64,000 nt of DNA from an uncultured Rhodocyclaceae bacterium (GTDB taxonomy: Bacteria > Pseudomonadota > Gammaproteobacteria > Burkholderiales > Ga0077523), in assembly GCA_964510915.1 (NCBI GenBank), contig CAZEDA010000001.1:4947-68946 (forward strand). The letters are read 5' to 3'. The notes beneath the pieces are model-generated. The model ran no database searches, was not told where the DNA came from, and saw only the letters and a list, made by a program, of their open reading frames with translations. Of this stretch, positions 9,954 to 19,600 are shown piece after piece. The stretch's first letter is position 1. Each line of letters begins with the position of its first letter. The position numbers and the translations under genes are program-made.

Positions 9954-10535
9954 ATGAGTTTCGAGCTCTACGTTTTCGATTCGACCCGCGTGGGTACCGT
10001 GGACGAGGCCCGGGAACAGGTGGCATCGGGCGCGTACTTCGACACATCCAGGCCCCACAGCGACCGGGCCGCCCGCAAGTGGAAGACCGCGAACCGCCTC
10101 GTCGCCAGCCATCGTCACCTCCGCGCCGAGGAGTTCGACATTCCGGCGATGGCAAAGTGGGAGAAGCTGGCGCCCGAGGCGTTCGACGCGAAGAACGCCT
10201 ATGTGCCGGTAGGCGATCCCGATGGCGGCGATCCGGTCCGCTTCACCGTGTTCGACGACGTGGTCGAGATCTACGTGGACCCGCCGCCTGAGACGGCGAC
10301 CTTCGAGTCGGTGGCGGAAAGCCTCCGCGAGTCTCTTTCCGGCCTGGCCATGCACGGAATGGATCTGGTCTTCGACCCGCAGGGGGATCGCCTCCTGGCG
10401 CCGGATACGGATGCTGCGTCGCTTGCGGCCGCTTACCGTTTCGCGTGCGAACGGCCGCCGCAGGCGTCGGGCAAGCCCGCGGCGCCGGCCGCGTCCGCTG
10501 CGGCTCCCGTGAAACCGTGGTGGAAGCTCTGGTAG
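9954..10535 (+). CDS. Hypothetical protein
   Basis: 193-aa ORF with plausible codon usage and an Ala/Pro-rich C-terminal tail. I do not recognise a family. Confidence 0.5.
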   Translation: MSFELYVFDSTRVGTVDEAREQVASGAYFDTSRPHSDRAARKWKTANRLVASHRHLRAEEFDIPAMAKWEKLAPEAFDAKNAYVPVGDPDGGDPVRFTVFDDVVEIYVDPPPETATFESVAESLRESLSGLAMHGMDLVFDPQGDRLLAPDTDAASLAAAYRFACERPPQASGKPAAPAASAAAPVKPWWKLW

Positions 10536-10538
10536 ACG

Positions 10539-11312
10539 TCAGTCCGTTCCCGGCACCGGACATCCCGGGGCCCGCTTGCCCGCGAGATACTCGTCGATGA
10601 GTGTCCGATAGCGGTCGCGCCCGAAGCTCGGAAAGTGCCCCCCGTGCACGATGTTCACGGGCAGTTCCCGCAGTCGACGCATGGTGTCCTCGTACATCGG
10701 GATGTCCGAGTGATAGGCGTCGTCCACCAGCGGGCCGTCGTACACCGCGTCACCGGATAGCAGGACGCCCGTACCCTTCTCCCAAAGTGCGATGGAGCCC
10801 GGCGAGTGTCCGGGCACGTGGATCACCTCGAAGACGCGATCGCCCAGATCGATGACGTCACCGGCCTCGACGAGACGGGTGGCCGGCGCGGCGATCACTT
10901 CGTACTCGGCCTGGCGGTATCCGCCGGGGGGCAGTCGCTCGAACATCTCCACCACCGCGTAACGGTCTGCGAGCGTGCGGTCCGCTCGCGGGTCGGCAAG
11001 GATGTGTGCTTCAGCGGGGTGGCAGGCGCGCTCGCGAAACTCGTGGTGATTGCCGATGTGGTCGAAGTGCGCGTGACTCGCCACCGCCAGCAGCGGACGC
11101 GCCGCGAGCCAGGGCAGCTGCCCGGCGAGGCTCACCACGCCCATGCCGCTGTCCATCAGCAGATCGCGGTCGCGCCCGCGTACGTGCCAGATGTTGCAGC
11201 GGTAGAACGGGTCGATGTAGTGCTCGTCGATGTGCGTCACGCCATGGTCGAGCGTCCGGACGCGATACCACTCGCGAGCGTCGGCATGAGGGCGTTCCGT
11301 CGGGCCGGCCAA
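10539..11312 (-). CDS. MBL-fold metallo-hydrolase
   Basis: Contains ASHAHFDHIGNHHEF (an HxHxDH-type motif) and HVPGHSPGS. The start is apparently TTG, 2 nt after the ABC ATPase stop, making it the last gene of the importer operon. Confidence 0.8.
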   Translation of the reverse strand: MAGPTERPHADAREWYRVRTLDHGVTHIDEHYIDPFYRCNIWHVRGRDRDLLMDSGMGVVSLAGQLPWLAARPLLAVASHAHFDHIGNHHEFRERACHPAEAHILADPRADRTLADRYAVVEMFERLPPGGYRQAEYEVIAAPATRLVEAGDVIDLGDRVFEVIHVPGHSPGSIALWEKGTGVLLSGDAVYDGPLVDDAYHSDIPMYEDTMRRLRELPVNIVHGGHFPSFGRDRYRTLIDEYLAGKRAPGCPVPGTD

Positions 11313-11313
11313 G

Positions 11314-12378
11314 TCAGTCCTCCAGCAGGATCAGACCCGAATCGCGTACGGCGATCGGTGCGGGTTCGGCGGCGGCGGGCACCGTATGCGGCGCGACCTT
11401 CGCGAGCAGCGTGAACCCCTGGGGGCCGGTGCCGGTCACGCGGAGGAAACTTCCCTGGAACACCTGCCCGGTGATCCGCAGCGACCCGAGGGACTGTTCC
11501 CCCGGCCCCGCATCGCCGAAGCGCACGGCTTCGGGACGCAGCGCGATTGCCACGCTGTCTCCGCGCGTGCGATTGCCCTCGACCACGATGCGACCGCACG
11601 GCGTGTCCACCGCGATGCGCCCGTTGTCGGCCTGCGTCACCGTGCCCTCCAGCACCGTGCTCTCGCCGAGGAAGCCCGCCGAGAAGCGCGTGCGCGGGCG
11701 CTCGTACACTCGGTCGGGCGGCCCCATGTCCTCGATGCGGCCGCGATTCATGATCACCACGAGGTCGGCGATCGCCATGGCTTCTTCCTGGTCGTGCGTG
11801 ACGTGCACGAAGGTGCGCGCCTGGGAGCGCTGGATGCGGCGCAGCTCGTCCTGCATCTGCCTGCGCAGCCGCAGGTCCAGGGCGCCGAGCGGTTCATCGA
11901 GCAGCAGCAGTGCCGGTTCGGTGACGAGCGCCCGCGCGAGCGCAATGCGCTGCCGTTGTCCGCCGGATGTGGCTCCGATGGCGCGCGGGCCGAAGCCGTC
12001 GAGGCCCACGAGGCGAAGGGCGTCGTCCACCCGCCGGGCGATCTCGCGCTTCGCCATGCCCCGCACGGACAGGCCGAAGCCCACGTTGCCCGCGACCGAA
12101 AGGTGCGGGAACAATGCGTAGTCCTGGAATACCGTGGCGGTGGGGCGTTTCGCGGGCGGCATCGCCGTGACGTCGTCCTGGCCGATGAACACCCGTCCTT
12201 CGGTGGGTGAAGTGAAGCCGCCCAGCATCGACAGCACCGTCGTCTTCCCCGACCCCGACGGGCCGAGCAACACCACGTAGCTGCCCGGCGGCACGGTGAA
12301 GCTCACCTTGTCGACGGCCGTCACGCCGTCATAGCGCTTGCTCACGCCTTCGAGACGCAGTTCAGCCGAGGCGCTCAC
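11314..12378 (-). CDS. ABC transporter ATP-binding protein (PotA/polyamine-type importer)
   Basis: Walker A GPSGSGKTT, signature SGGQRQRIALARAL, Walker B LLLLDEPLGALD, plus a C-terminal TOBE-like domain. GTG start. Confidence 0.9.
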   Translation of the reverse strand: MSASAELRLEGVSKRYDGVTAVDKVSFTVPPGSYVVLLGPSGSGKTTVLSMLGGFTSPTEGRVFIGQDDVTAMPPAKRPTATVFQDYALFPHLSVAGNVGFGLSVRGMAKREIARRVDDALRLVGLDGFGPRAIGATSGGQRQRIALARALVTEPALLLLDEPLGALDLRLRRQMQDELRRIQRSQARTFVHVTHDQEEAMAIADLVVIMNRGRIEDMGPPDRVYERPRTRFSAGFLGESTVLEGTVTQADNGRIAVDTPCGRIVVEGNRTRGDSVAIALRPEAVRFGDAGPGEQSLGSLRITGQVFQGSFLRVTGTGPQGFTLLAKVAPHTVPAAAEPAPIAVRDSGLILLED

Positions 12379-13165
12379 GCCGCCCCCTTCGCCACACGGC
12401 CAGTTCGAACACGATGCCGGCGACCACGGAAACCAGGAACACCAGGGTCCCCGCGGCGTTGGTCTGCGGGTTGAGGCCGGTGCGTAACATCCCCCAGATG
12501 ACGACGGGCAGCGTCGGATCGAATGCGGACAGCAGAAACGCCACGACGAACTCGTCCCACGAGAACGTGAGCGACAGCAGGAACGCGCCGAGAATGGCCG
12601 GACGCAGCAGAGGCACCGTCACGCGCAGGAACACCTGCGCCTCGCTCGCGCCCAGATCCCGTGCTGCCTGTTCCAGCCGCGCCTGCTCCGGGTCGAACTG
12701 CCCGTACACCACGGCGAACGCCAGCGGCAGATTGAGCACGACATGGCCGATGCCCACGGCGACGAGCGACTTCTCGATGCCGACGGCACTGAAGGCGACC
12801 AGCAGGCCCACGCCGATGACGAGATAGGACACCGCGAGCGGCATGAAGAGCAGCCCTTCGAGGAGGCGGCGTCCCGGGACGCGATGACGGGCCAGCCCCC
12901 ACGCCGCCAGCGTGGCGAGCAGCGTGGCGAGCGCGGACGACAGCAGCCCGACGATCACGGAGTTCCACGTGGCCTCCGTGATGCGCTCGTCGTCCAGCAT
13001 CTCGCGATACCAGTCGAGGGACGGGCCTTCGAAGGGCGGTACCGGCACCGAGCCTTCGTGGAACGAGAACAGCACCAGCACCGCCACGGGCAGATAGATG
13101 AAGAGCAGCAGCGGCCCCAGGATGAGGCCGGTGGTCGCGTGCTGCCGGAGCGTGATCGCGCTCAT
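12362..13165 (-). CDS. ABC transporter permease (PotC-like)
   Basis: 267 aa, multi-TM, with EAA-loop region EQAARDLGASEAQVFLRVTVPLLRP. Confidence 0.85.
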   Translation of the reverse strand: MSAITLRQHATTGLILGPLLLFIYLPVAVLVLFSFHEGSVPVPPFEGPSLDWYREMLDDERITEATWNSVIVGLLSSALATLLATLAAWGLARHRVPGRRLLEGLLFMPLAVSYLVIGVGLLVAFSAVGIEKSLVAVGIGHVVLNLPLAFAVVYGQFDPEQARLEQAARDLGASEAQVFLRVTVPLLRPAILGAFLLSLTFSWDEFVVAFLLSAFDPTLPVVIWGMLRTGLNPQTNAAGTLVFLVSVVAGIVFELAVWRRGRRERLG

Positions 13166-14052
13166 GGCCGGCGGCCCGTGAGCCAGCGCGCGAGCGCCAG
13201 GTAGGCGATGGTGACCATCAGCATGAGGATCAGCGACAGCGCCGCTGCCATGGGGATGTCACCCCGGCGGTTGATCTGCAGCAGGATGATCTGCGGCATC
13301 AGCAGCTCGGTGTTGCCGCCGAGGATCTGCGGCGTGATGTAGTCGCCGATGGTGATCACGATCGTGAGGAATGCTCCCGCTGCGATGCCCGGGGCCGCGA
13401 GCGGCAGCGTGACCCGGGTGAAGACCTGCCAGCGGTTCGCCCCGAGATCGGCGGCGGCCAGCCCGAGCTTCGGATCGATGCGCACGAGACTGGCGTAAAT
13501 GGTGAGCGTGCAGAGCATCACCGAGAAGTGCACGAAACCCGTGATGGTGGCCCCGCGGTTGAAGGACAGGGCGAGCGGTTCGTCCACGAGCCCAAGCGAC
13601 ATCAGCGTGCCGTTTACCACGCCTTCCGGCGCCAGGACCAGCAGCCACGCGTACGAGCGCACGACGTAGGAGGTCCAGAAGGGCAGGACGGCGGCCATCA
13701 GCCACAGCCGCTGCCGTTCCGGTCGGATTCGCGTCGCGATGGCATGGGCCAGCGGAAACGCCAGCAGGACGGCGAGCACCGTAACGGTCAGCGTGACTTC
13801 GACCGAATTGAGCAGCCCGAGGCGGAACGACTCCTGATCGAGGAAGCGACGGTAGTTGTCGAGGCCCGGGGTCGTGACGAGTTCGGCGCCCTCACGGCGG
13901 AACAGGCTCCACACGGCGATGGCCCCGGAGGGCAGCGCGAAGAACGCGAGCGTCCAGAGCAGGGCCGGCGCCGCGAGCGCCAGACCCTTGCGCGCATCAC
14001 GACCCCGGCTTGCCGACTCTTCCGAGCCGGCCATCACCGTCGTCACTTCCAT
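13162..14052 (-). CDS. ABC transporter permease (PotB-like)
   Basis: 296 aa, multi-TM, with EAA-loop region AAADLGANRWQVFTRVTLPLAAPG. It overlaps the downstream permease by 4 nt. Confidence 0.85.
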   Translation of the reverse strand: MEVTTVMAGSEESASRGRDARKGLALAAPALLWTLAFFALPSGAIAVWSLFRREGAELVTTPGLDNYRRFLDQESFRLGLLNSVEVTLTVTVLAVLLAFPLAHAIATRIRPERQRLWLMAAVLPFWTSYVVRSYAWLLVLAPEGVVNGTLMSLGLVDEPLALSFNRGATITGFVHFSVMLCTLTIYASLVRIDPKLGLAAADLGANRWQVFTRVTLPLAAPGIAAGAFLTIVITIGDYITPQILGGNTELLMPQIILLQINRRGDIPMAAALSLILMLMVTIAYLALARWLTGRRP

Positions 14053-14077
14053 GGCAGAGGGAACCGGGCGCCGCCGA

Positions 14078-15145
14078 CTACTTCTGCAGCACTTCGGCCC
14101 AGAGGTCCTGCATGGCCTTGTCGAACGATTCGGTGGGCGAGAGGTAGGCGTAGGACTTCGCGAGGAACTTCGACTGCTCGTCCCAGCGCAGCGTCTTCTT
14201 CTGCTTGTCGTTGAGCGCCGCCTTCGAGTTCGCGGGCATGCCCCAGTAGCAGGACGACGTGGCGAGCTTCGCCTGACCTTCCGGAGAGAGCACGTACTGC
14301 ACGAAGGCGGTCGCTTCCTTCTGCTTCTTCGAGGCCGCGAACACGCCGATGGCCTGCTGCCAGCGCACGCCGCCCACGTCCGGCAGCACCCAGTCGAGAT
14401 GGGGCTTCTCCCGTGCGAGGCCCGCCACGAGATACTCGCCGCCGCCGGCCACGATGGCGACCTGACCCGTGGCGATGGCCGTCTGCGAAGTGACCACGTC
14501 GCCCACCATCGCGGCGTTCGCGCGCATGGCCTTCAGCTTCTCGCGGATGGCGGGCAGGTCGGCTTCCGTGAGCGACTGCGGCTTCTTGCCCAGCGCGATG
14601 GCGATCTGGCTGATGATCGGCAGGTAGTAGTCGTAGATGCCGACCTTGCCCTTGAAGGCGGGATTCCACAGCGTGGTCACATCCCGCGCCTGCTCCGGCG
14701 TGACCTTCTTCTTGTCGTAGGCCACGGCGTTGTAGCCGAACTTCTCGGGGATCGCGTACATCTTCCCGTCGACGACGTGGTACTCGGGCAGGCGCACGAC
14801 CTCGGGGATGTCGGCCATCGGGAAGTCCTTCGCCTCCAGCGGGGCGAGCAGGCCCCGAGCGACGACGCGGCGGACATCGGTGGAGTCGACGACGAACACG
14901 TCCCAGCTCCCCGGCTTCGACTGTTCGAGCAGCGCGAGGGCGGTGCCCGTCCCCTCGTAGTCCTTCACGTTGACCTTGATGCCGGTCTTCGCCGTGAAGC
15001 CCTTGAGGAAGCCGGCGTCCGTGTGGTCGCACCACACGAGTGCGTTGATGGAGCCGGCCGCGCCGGCCAGGGTCGTCCAGCCCGCGACCGCCACGGCAGC
15101 GGCAACACGGGACAGCAGTCGGATCGTCTTCTCGGGGGGCGTCAT
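14078..15145 (-). CDS. Periplasmic solute-binding protein (PotD/PotF family)
   Basis: 355 aa with a signal peptide (LLSRVAAAVAVAGWTTLAGAAGS). First gene of the importer operon. Confidence 0.8.
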   Translation of the reverse strand: MTPPEKTIRLLSRVAAAVAVAGWTTLAGAAGSINALVWCDHTDAGFLKGFTAKTGIKVNVKDYEGTGTALALLEQSKPGSWDVFVVDSTDVRRVVARGLLAPLEAKDFPMADIPEVVRLPEYHVVDGKMYAIPEKFGYNAVAYDKKKVTPEQARDVTTLWNPAFKGKVGIYDYYLPIISQIAIALGKKPQSLTEADLPAIREKLKAMRANAAMVGDVVTSQTAIATGQVAIVAGGGEYLVAGLAREKPHLDWVLPDVGGVRWQQAIGVFAASKKQKEATAFVQYVLSPEGQAKLATSSCYWGMPANSKAALNDKQKKTLRWDEQSKFLAKSYAYLSPTESFDKAMQDLWAEVLQK

Positions 15146-15421
15146 GTTTTAGGCTCCATGGTTCCTGGCAGGGGCGAAGGTGGCCCGATTCTAGGGAAGG
15201 TCCGGTCGGTTGGCACGGACGGCGATGCAGACCGTCCAGGCGGGTGTCCCGCAAGCACGCGGCGGTCCCGCGACCGTCGCACGCACGGCGCGCCATCGTG
15301 ACTTCGCCCGGGTGCGCAGTCGTGCCGGCATCAAGGCGTCCGGTTCTGCGGGCTTGACACTCGGACGCTCGCCGCTATTCTCCAGCTTGCCGCGCCCGCG
15401 GCGATTCCCGGAGTGGTATCC

Positions 15422-16636
15422 ATGCCGAATGCATCTGCGCCGGCCGCGCTCGTCGTCGACGATCAGGAGACGGTCCGTGCCCAGATCGCATTCGCACTCC
15501 GGTCCCTGGGAGTCTCGAGGGTGCTCGAAGCCGCGGACGGCGCCGAGGCCCTGGCCATCCTCGGCAACACCCCGCCGGACGAGGCCATCCTCGTCCTGGT
15601 CGATCTGCAGATGCCGGGCATGGATGGCATCGAACTCATGCGCCGCCTCGCGGAGAACGCCGGCAGGGTGACTGTCGTGCTGGTGAGCGGTGCCGAGCCC
15701 CGGGTTCTGCGCGCGGCCGCCCAGTTGTCGCGCGAGTACGGCCTCCAGCTCGGAGGGTGTTTCGCCAAGCCCGTGAGCGCGAGCCAGCTGCGGCCCCTGG
15801 TGGATCGTATGCGCAGCGGCGACATGGACGGCGGCATCCGCGCCGAGTCCGAGGTCGAGGATCTCGCCCGGGCGCTGCGTGCGGGCGAGATTGTCCCGTA
15901 CTACCAGCCTGTCATCGATCTGGCCTCCGGTGCCGTCGCGGGGGTCGAGGCCCTCGCGCGATGGCACCACCCCGAGCGCGGGGTGATCCCGCCCAAGGAC
16001 TTCATCGCGCTGTCGGAGCAGAGCGGGCTCATCTCCCGGCTCACCGAAGTGATGATGACGCGAGCGCTGGTGGACCTCGCCGCGCTCGAAGCCGCCGGTC
16101 ATGTCCTGCGCGTGGCGATCAACCTCTCCGCGCGGGGCGTCGATCGTCCGGATCTGCCCGACGCCGTCGAAGCCCGCACGCGCGTGGTCGGCATCGACCC
16201 CGATCGCGTGACCTTCGAGATCACCGAGACGCAGCTCACGGCCAACCCGCTCGCGTTTCTCGAAGTGGTGTCACGGCTCCGGCTCAAGGGTTTCCGGCTG
16301 TCGATCGACGATTTCGGGACCGGACAATCCACGCTCGAACAGCTGCGCCGCCTGCCCTTCACCGAACTCAAGGTGGACGCGACCTTCATGCGCGGCGCGC
16401 TGGACGATCCGCTGTCGAAGGCGATCCTCGAGAGCTGCGTCGACGTGGCAAGGCGGCTGGAACTCCACGTGGTCGCCGAAGGCATCGAGACCGAGGACTG
16501 TCTCACCCTCGCGCGCGACCTCGGCTGTGATCAGGGGCAGGGCTATCACATCTCCCATCCGCTTCCGGTCGATGCGCTGCGGGCCTGGCTCGACGCGCGC
16601 CGGTCGCCCTCTTCGGGACAGACCGCCTGCGCGTGA
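15422..16636 (+). CDS. Response regulator with EAL (c-di-GMP phosphodiesterase) output domain
   Basis: REC domain (LVVDDQETVR...LVDLQMPGMDGIEL) followed by EAL (YYQPVIDL...VEALARWHHPERG...DDFGTGQSTLEQL). ATG 15422 has GGAG upstream; the track start at 15413 is an in-frame GTG. Confidence 0.85.
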   Translation: MPNASAPAALVVDDQETVRAQIAFALRSLGVSRVLEAADGAEALAILGNTPPDEAILVLVDLQMPGMDGIELMRRLAENAGRVTVVLVSGAEPRVLRAAAQLSREYGLQLGGCFAKPVSASQLRPLVDRMRSGDMDGGIRAESEVEDLARALRAGEIVPYYQPVIDLASGAVAGVEALARWHHPERGVIPPKDFIALSEQSGLISRLTEVMMTRALVDLAALEAAGHVLRVAINLSARGVDRPDLPDAVEARTRVVGIDPDRVTFEITETQLTANPLAFLEVVSRLRLKGFRLSIDDFGTGQSTLEQLRRLPFTELKVDATFMRGALDDPLSKAILESCVDVARRLELHVVAEGIETEDCLTLARDLGCDQGQGYHISHPLPVDALRAWLDARRSPSSGQTACA

Positions 16637-16647
16637 CCGGTGCGAGA

Positions 16648-16673
16648 CTCCGCTGCGGAATCGCAGACCGGAG
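16648..16673. terminator. Imperfect stem-loop between convergent genes (possible bidirectional terminator)
   Basis: ctccgctgcg-gaat-cgcag(ac)cggag. There is no clear U-tract. Confidence 0.25.
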
Positions 16674-16681
16674 AGATCGTC

Positions 16682-19600
16682 TCAGACGGCGCGGTCGTGG
16701 TCACTGCGTTCCGGCCCGTCCTCCACGGCATCGACATACGTCTGCAGACCATGGGATGCAGTCGCGGAGAGCTGTCGGGCGCGGTCCCGGTCGCCCCGCT
16801 CCTCGGCCTGCTGGATCTCCGCGAACAGTCGGGCGAGCCGAGCAGCACCAGCCGACGCCGCGCTGCCTTTCGCGGCGTGCGCTGCCTCGACGATGGCTTC
16901 GTGCTTTCCTTCGGCGAGTGCGGCTGTCACGCGTTCGACCGAGCTTGCCAATGACTTCGCTGCACGTCGTGCGAACGCGGTCACTTCCGAGACTTCCGAA
17001 GTGCCGAGCAACGCGGTGAGCTGAGCCCGATCGAACGCCGGCGCTTCGTCCGGCGTGGCGATGGCGGAGGTCGACGCGCCTGACGCTGATCGCGCCGCGA
17101 CGATGGCCGGAGCCAGCCTCTGCAGCACGGCGTCCAGAGCCGAGGGCAGTACAGGTTTCTGGGCGAACTCGAAGGCTGTGCCATCTTCCCCGCGCGGAAT
17201 CTCCTCGCCCGGGTCGGTGGTGGCGCTGAGGACGAGGATGGGTAGAGCCCGGTGCGTCGCGGGCAGCAGGGTGCGGATGCGGCGCGCGAGTTCGAGTCCG
17301 TCCATCTCCGGCATGTGGATGTCGGTGATGACCAGGCCGAAGCGTTCGGGCGTTGCCCCGATTGCACGCCACGCGTCGGCACCATCGCGGAACGCCTCCA
17401 CGACGCATCCCAGCGTTGCGCACTGGCGCGTCACGACTTCGCGATGGATCTCGTCGTCGTCCACCACCGCGACGACCAGTCCGCGTTCGCGTGCGTCGCC
17501 GGGTTCCGGAGCCCGATACGTCAGCGACGGCACCGACGCCGTTTCCGATTCCGGCGGCGGCGCCTTCGCCGGGTCGAAGGGGAGCGTGAAGACGAACGTC
17601 GCGCCGCGATCCGGCTCGCCGCTCGCTTCGATCCGTCCGCCCATCATCGTGGCGAGTTCGCGGCAGATGGAGAGGCCGAGACCCGTGCCGCCGAACTGCT
17701 TCGCGGTCTGGGGGCTCGCCTGTTCGTAGGGCTGGAACAGCCGGTCGCGAGTGGCTTCATCGAACCCGATGCCCGTGTCGGTCACCGAGAGCCGTGTCGT
17801 TCCGTCCGTACCGCGTTCCGCGTGCACGCGGATCTCTCCCTTGCGCGTGAACCTCGCCGCGTTGGACAGCAGGTTGTCGAGCACCTGACGGATGCGCAGG
17901 GAATCGCCGTGCAGGAAGCGCGGCAGGGCGGGATCCCGTGTCCACGCGACGCGGACCGGCTTGTCGCCGACGAGACTGCCCGCGAGTGCGGTCGCCTGTT
18001 CCAGGAGTGCGTCGAGATCGAAGTCGGCCGGGTCGAGATGCAGGCGGCCCGCTTCGATCTTCGAGATGTCGAGCAGATCATTCAGCACGCGCAGGAGATT
18101 CTGAGCGGACTGCCCGATGAGCCCCAGCAGCCGATCCGGGTCGGGCGGCGGCGGTGTGCCGGTCACGAGCCGCAGCATGCCGATCATCCCGGCGAGCGGT
18201 GTGCGGATCTCGTGGCTCATCTTGGCGAGAAAGCGGCTCTTCGCACGGTCCGCGGCCTCTGCTGCAGCGCGGGCCTGATCGAGCGCCACCTGCAGGGCTT
18301 TCTCGGCAGTGATGTCGAATGCCGTGCCGTCCCACAGCACGCTGCCGTCGGCCTGGGGGCGCGGAATCGCACTGATCGCGAGCCACCTCGTCGAACCGTC
18401 CGGCAGCCTGCTCCGGTACTCCGCATGCAGCGGCTCGGGCGATGGCATCGGGGCATTGATGCGCGCGGTCAGTGCGGCGCGATCCTCGTCCACCATCGTC
18501 TCGAAGATGCGGCGCGGATCGCCCAGGGCCGTCTCGGGCGCGATCCCGTGCAGTGAGCGGATGCCGCCGCTCACGAAAGTGAACCGGCCGCGTTCGCCAG
18601 GCCGGCTGACGTAGCGCCACACCACACCGGGTGCCGCGTCGGTGATGTCGCGCAGCAGGGACGCCGCATCGCGGGCTTCGGCACGGGCGCTTTCCAGATC
18701 GGAGATATCGACGATGACGCCGACGAGTCCGCCGGCAACGGACCCTGACCCTGCCGCCGGAAATGCGCTCAACGAGTAGAGGATGTCCCGGTCTGCGCCG
18801 TCGTGACGGCGTGCCCGCAGCCGGATCGTCCGGGAGCGGGAGTCGGCGAGCACCTCCGCTTCGACCGCGAGCACCTGCTCCCGCGCGCCCGTGCCCAGGT
18901 GATCGAACTCCTGCATCCGCCGGCCCGCGATGCTGTCGCGCTCGATGCCGTAGAAGCGCGCGAAGGCGCCGTTGCAGCCGAGATAGCGCCCTTCGACGTC
19001 CTTGAACACGACCGGCTCCGGCATGGCTTCCAGCAGCGCACTGCGAAAGGCGATCTGCGTGGCGAGCGCCGCCTGGGCCTCTGCGCGCTGCGCGACTTCG
19101 CGGCGGAGACGGCGGTTCCAGATGGCGATGACGACGATCGCACCGGCAGCAGCTGCCAGCAGAGGAATGCCGATCGAGAGGACCGTGGTCCAGTCCCGGG
19201 TCTCGACGACGGTGGCGGTGACCCAGCGCTCGCGAATCGCCGCGCGTTCGTCGGCGGAGATTGAGGCCACTGCCTTGTCGATCGCGGACACCAGCTCGGG
19301 CCAGTCGCTGCGCACGCCGAAGCGCAGTTCGAAGGGATAGGCGTCCGTCGTGCCCACGACGCGGAGATTCGTGAGCAGCAGCTGTCGGATCGCGTGGGTG
19401 GTCACGATCACGGGTCCCACGTGCGCGTCGGCCGTGCCCGTCGACACGGCGCGCAGTGCGGATTCCGTGTCGGGGACGAGGACGAGATCGATCGAGGGGA
19501 AGTTGCGTGCGAGCCAGAGCGTCGGGCCGTAGCCGCTTTCCATCGCCACCCGCTTGCCCGACAGGTCGGCGAGCGTGAGAGGCGTGCCGTCGCCGCCGCG

